Shown here piece after piece: positions 23,475 to 25,027 of a DNA stretch of 25,027 bases. Under the pieces are notes generated by a model that was given only the letters and a program-made list of their open reading frames with translations, was not told where the DNA came from and searched no databases. The stretch spans positions 1 through 25,027 of the forward strand of contig JAKSVZ010000012.1 in NCBI GenBank assembly GCA_024407725.1. Reading direction: 5' to 3'. The position numbers and the translations under genes were made by a program. This DNA comes from Opitutales bacterium (GTDB lineage: Bacteria; Verrucomicrobiota; Verrucomicrobiia; Opitutales; UBA9783). The first letter of the stretch is position 1; each line of letters begins with the position of its first letter.

Positions 23475-24108
23475 CCCCATTTTCGAGGTTTTATCCGAAA
23501 CCCCAGAATGGATTGGAATTGCAAAACCAAGCGGTCAATCCATCGATGCGGTTAAGGATTTTTTAAAAAAAGCTTATCCTGAGCAAAAATTTGCCTGCGT
23601 GTATCAGCTAGAAACCGCCATTGCAGGTCCCGTATTATTTGCCAAAACGCTTGAAGCCCGTAATACGCTGAAAAATGCGTACGGTTCCTACCAGTTCTCA
23701 TTCACCTTTGAAGGTTGGGGGGTCAGCGAAAAAACCTTATCGGAGCCATGGGATTGCGATTTATCCATTGCTTGGGACGAACGTAAAAACCACGCGTTTC
23801 CTTCAAAAAAACAGGGGAAAAAATCCCTAACGCACTTCGAAATTTTATCCGCAACCCATCCGTTTTACCGTTTTATTGCCAAAACGACTTATTTACGTAC
23901 CCAACAATTGCAAATTCATACGCACTTTTCTCATTTAGATATCCTCGGAGACCCCTTGGCGCCTAAAACACTTCCTGTAGCCAACCTTCAGCTGATCCTG
24001 CGCTCGGTTAGCTTTCCATCCCCTACCCTTCAAGAACTCAGTATTCCCTTACCTGCCTCTTGGAATACGCTACCTCAAAGCTTTCAGCCAATCGTAAAGC
24101 ATTCATAG
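23464..24108 (+). CDS. RluA-family pseudouridine-synthase-like protein with a degenerate catalytic motif
   Basis: 214 aa. The family landmarks are present: WIGIAKPSG (compare vvnKPaG), VYQLETAIAGPVLFAKT in place of vHRLDkdTSGlllfAkt, TYLRTQQLQIH in place of tGRtHQIRvH, and LILRSVSFPSP (compare LHa..l.f.hP). It overlaps the yebC end by 11 nt. Confidence 0.55.
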   Translation: MPNSPIFEVLSETPEWIGIAKPSGQSIDAVKDFLKKAYPEQKFACVYQLETAIAGPVLFAKTLEARNTLKNAYGSYQFSFTFEGWGVSEKTLSEPWDCDLSIAWDERKNHAFPSKKQGKKSLTHFEILSATHPFYRFIAKTTYLRTQQLQIHTHFSHLDILGDPLAPKTLPVANLQLILRSVSFPSPTLQELSIPLPASWNTLPQSFQPIVKHS

Positions 24109-24123
24109 CGTTTATCTTTCGGA

Positions 24124-24153
24124 TTGAATCCCCTAGGTCAATTCACCTATGAT
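24124..24153 (+). promoter_or_regulatory. Candidate sigma70 promoter of rnpB
   Basis: TTGAAT (24124-24129), an 18-nt spacer and TATGAT (24148-24153). The -10 ends 6 nt before the predicted 5' end of the P1 helix at 24160. Confidence 0.45.
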
Positions 24154-24159
24154 GATTTT

Positions 24160-24498
24160 GTTTACGGTCGTGCATTCGCTCCTTTCGGAGAGGAAAGTCC
24201 AGACACCACAGGGCAAGATTCCTCATGCAAATGAGGGCTAGGCAATCGCTTGGACGGCTAGTGTCGCAGAAAACAAACCGCCTGTATAGGTAAGGATGAA
24301 ACGGCGAGGTAAGAGCTCACCGCATGATTAGCGATAATCATGGCAGGATAAACCCAATCTGGTGCAAGACGGAATAGGGAGTTGAGTGGCCCGCTCTAAA
24401 ACTTCGGGTTCGTCGCACTCGCAAGAGAACAACGAAACGTTGTTAGATAAATGAATGCAGCCTATTTAGGCACAGAATCTGGCTTATAGACCGTAAAC
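24160..24498 (+). ncRNA. rnpB: RNase P RNA, bacterial type A
   Basis: The P1 helix pairs GTTTACGGTC (24160-24169) with GACCGTAAAC (24489-24498). Universal motifs are present: GAGGAAAGTCCAGAC (CR-I), GGTAAGGATGAAACGGCGAGGTAAGAGCTCACCG (the type-A P10-P12 region) and ACAGAATCTGGCTTATAG (CR-V). A T-run follows the 3' end. Confidence 0.93.
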
Positions 24499-24506
24499 AT
24501 TCTTTT

Positions 24507-25013
24507 TTATTCCTCAACCCGCTTAGGATCATAACCCACCATTTGGCGTAGATTATCATTACCATTATAATCCGACCAATTCACTCCACTTGCTTGCTCA
24601 TTATAACAAGCAGTATTTTTATCGCGACCCTGCAAGACACATAAGTTTTTAAATGCATCTGAATCCGATCGGAAAGCTCTCCAATCTTTAAGTTTCATGA
24701 ATTCTCCTAATATATGTTTTAGGTTTTCTAACTGTTCCTTATCTTCAGGATGCTTTTTCTCTATCGAATCGATCGTGTCGAGTATGATTCCAAGTCTTAG
24801 ACCACCATTATGAGCCACACGTACTGCGTTTAAAAAAGGAAAATCCGATAACTGATTAATTACCAAGATATTCTCATTGGAAGTTGTCTCATCTTTGCAC
24901 ATCCGTACGCCAATGATATTGGACATTTCTTCTTCATTATTAAACCGTCCCGCTATCGCAAACCACTTATAAAGTTCTTTTAAGGTAAAACAGGGTTTTT
25001 TCGCTAGGCACAT
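24507..25013 (-). CDS. Hypothetical protein, no family recognised; the N-terminus may lie beyond the right window edge
   Basis: 168-aa ORF from the track. The frame stays open upstream of ATG 25013 to the window end (..FCSR-M), so the start is unconfirmed. No TM segment, signal peptide or motif was recognised. Confidence 0.45.
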   Translation of the reverse strand: MCLAKKPCFTLKELYKWFAIAGRFNNEEEMSNIIGVRMCKDETTSNENILVINQLSDFPFLNAVRVAHNGGLRLGIILDTIDSIEKKHPEDKEQLENLKHILGEFMKLKDWRAFRSDSDAFKNLCVLQGRDKNTACYNEQASGVNWSDYNGNDNLRQMVGYDPKRVEE

Positions 25014-25027
25014 ACGCGAACAAAAAG

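Noticed and set aside
1-25027. Mobile elements, prophage remnants, tRNA genes or toxin-antitoxin pairs anywhere in the window
   Set aside because: No transposase-, integrase- or recombinase-like ORF, terminal inverted repeat or cloverleaf-capable intergenic segment was found. Intergenic spacers are nearly all under 110 bp.

Overview
The window is compact, AT-leaning bacterial chromosomal DNA with almost no non-coding space. No transposase, integrase, CRISPR array or tRNA gene is visible. Three blocks stand out.

(1) Positions 1-8154, minus strand: a tightly coupled type III secretion (injectisome) operon. The order is sctD, a YscE-like small protein, two tandem needle-subunit paralogs, a TPR chaperone, sctI, sctJ, sctK, sctL, sctN and sctO. 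It ends in a 5'-partial-in-window ORF at the sctP (needle-length ruler) position. That ORF is missing from the supplied ORF track because it runs off the left edge. It carries perfect 18-bp tandem repeats encoding (VSKEVP)n.

(2) Positions 8218-20141: envelope and housekeeping genes.
- Two tandem MarC-family paralogs.
- A signal peptidase I with a large insertion.
- An orphan secretin plus a GspK-like pseudopilin pair.
- An MFS transporter and tadA.
- A three-gene envelope-modification module (EptA-like, ArnT-like GT-C and ArnC-like GT2).

(3) Positions 20246-24498: the canonical rpmH-rnpA-yidD-yidC string, followed by yebC, a degenerate RluA-like pseudouridine synthase and a type-A RNase P RNA (rnpB) with a plausible sigma70 promoter. 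An unrecognised, more AT-rich ORF lies at the right edge.

The most interesting material is the T3SS operon: its fused gene order, the duplicated needle genes, the repeat-bearing ruler candidate and the long disordered N-terminus of SctD. Next comes the question of whether the secretin 4 kb away belongs to it. All functional calls come from motif recognition and synteny by eye. No database search was run, and the host lineage is not determined. A PVC-like lineage is only a guess.
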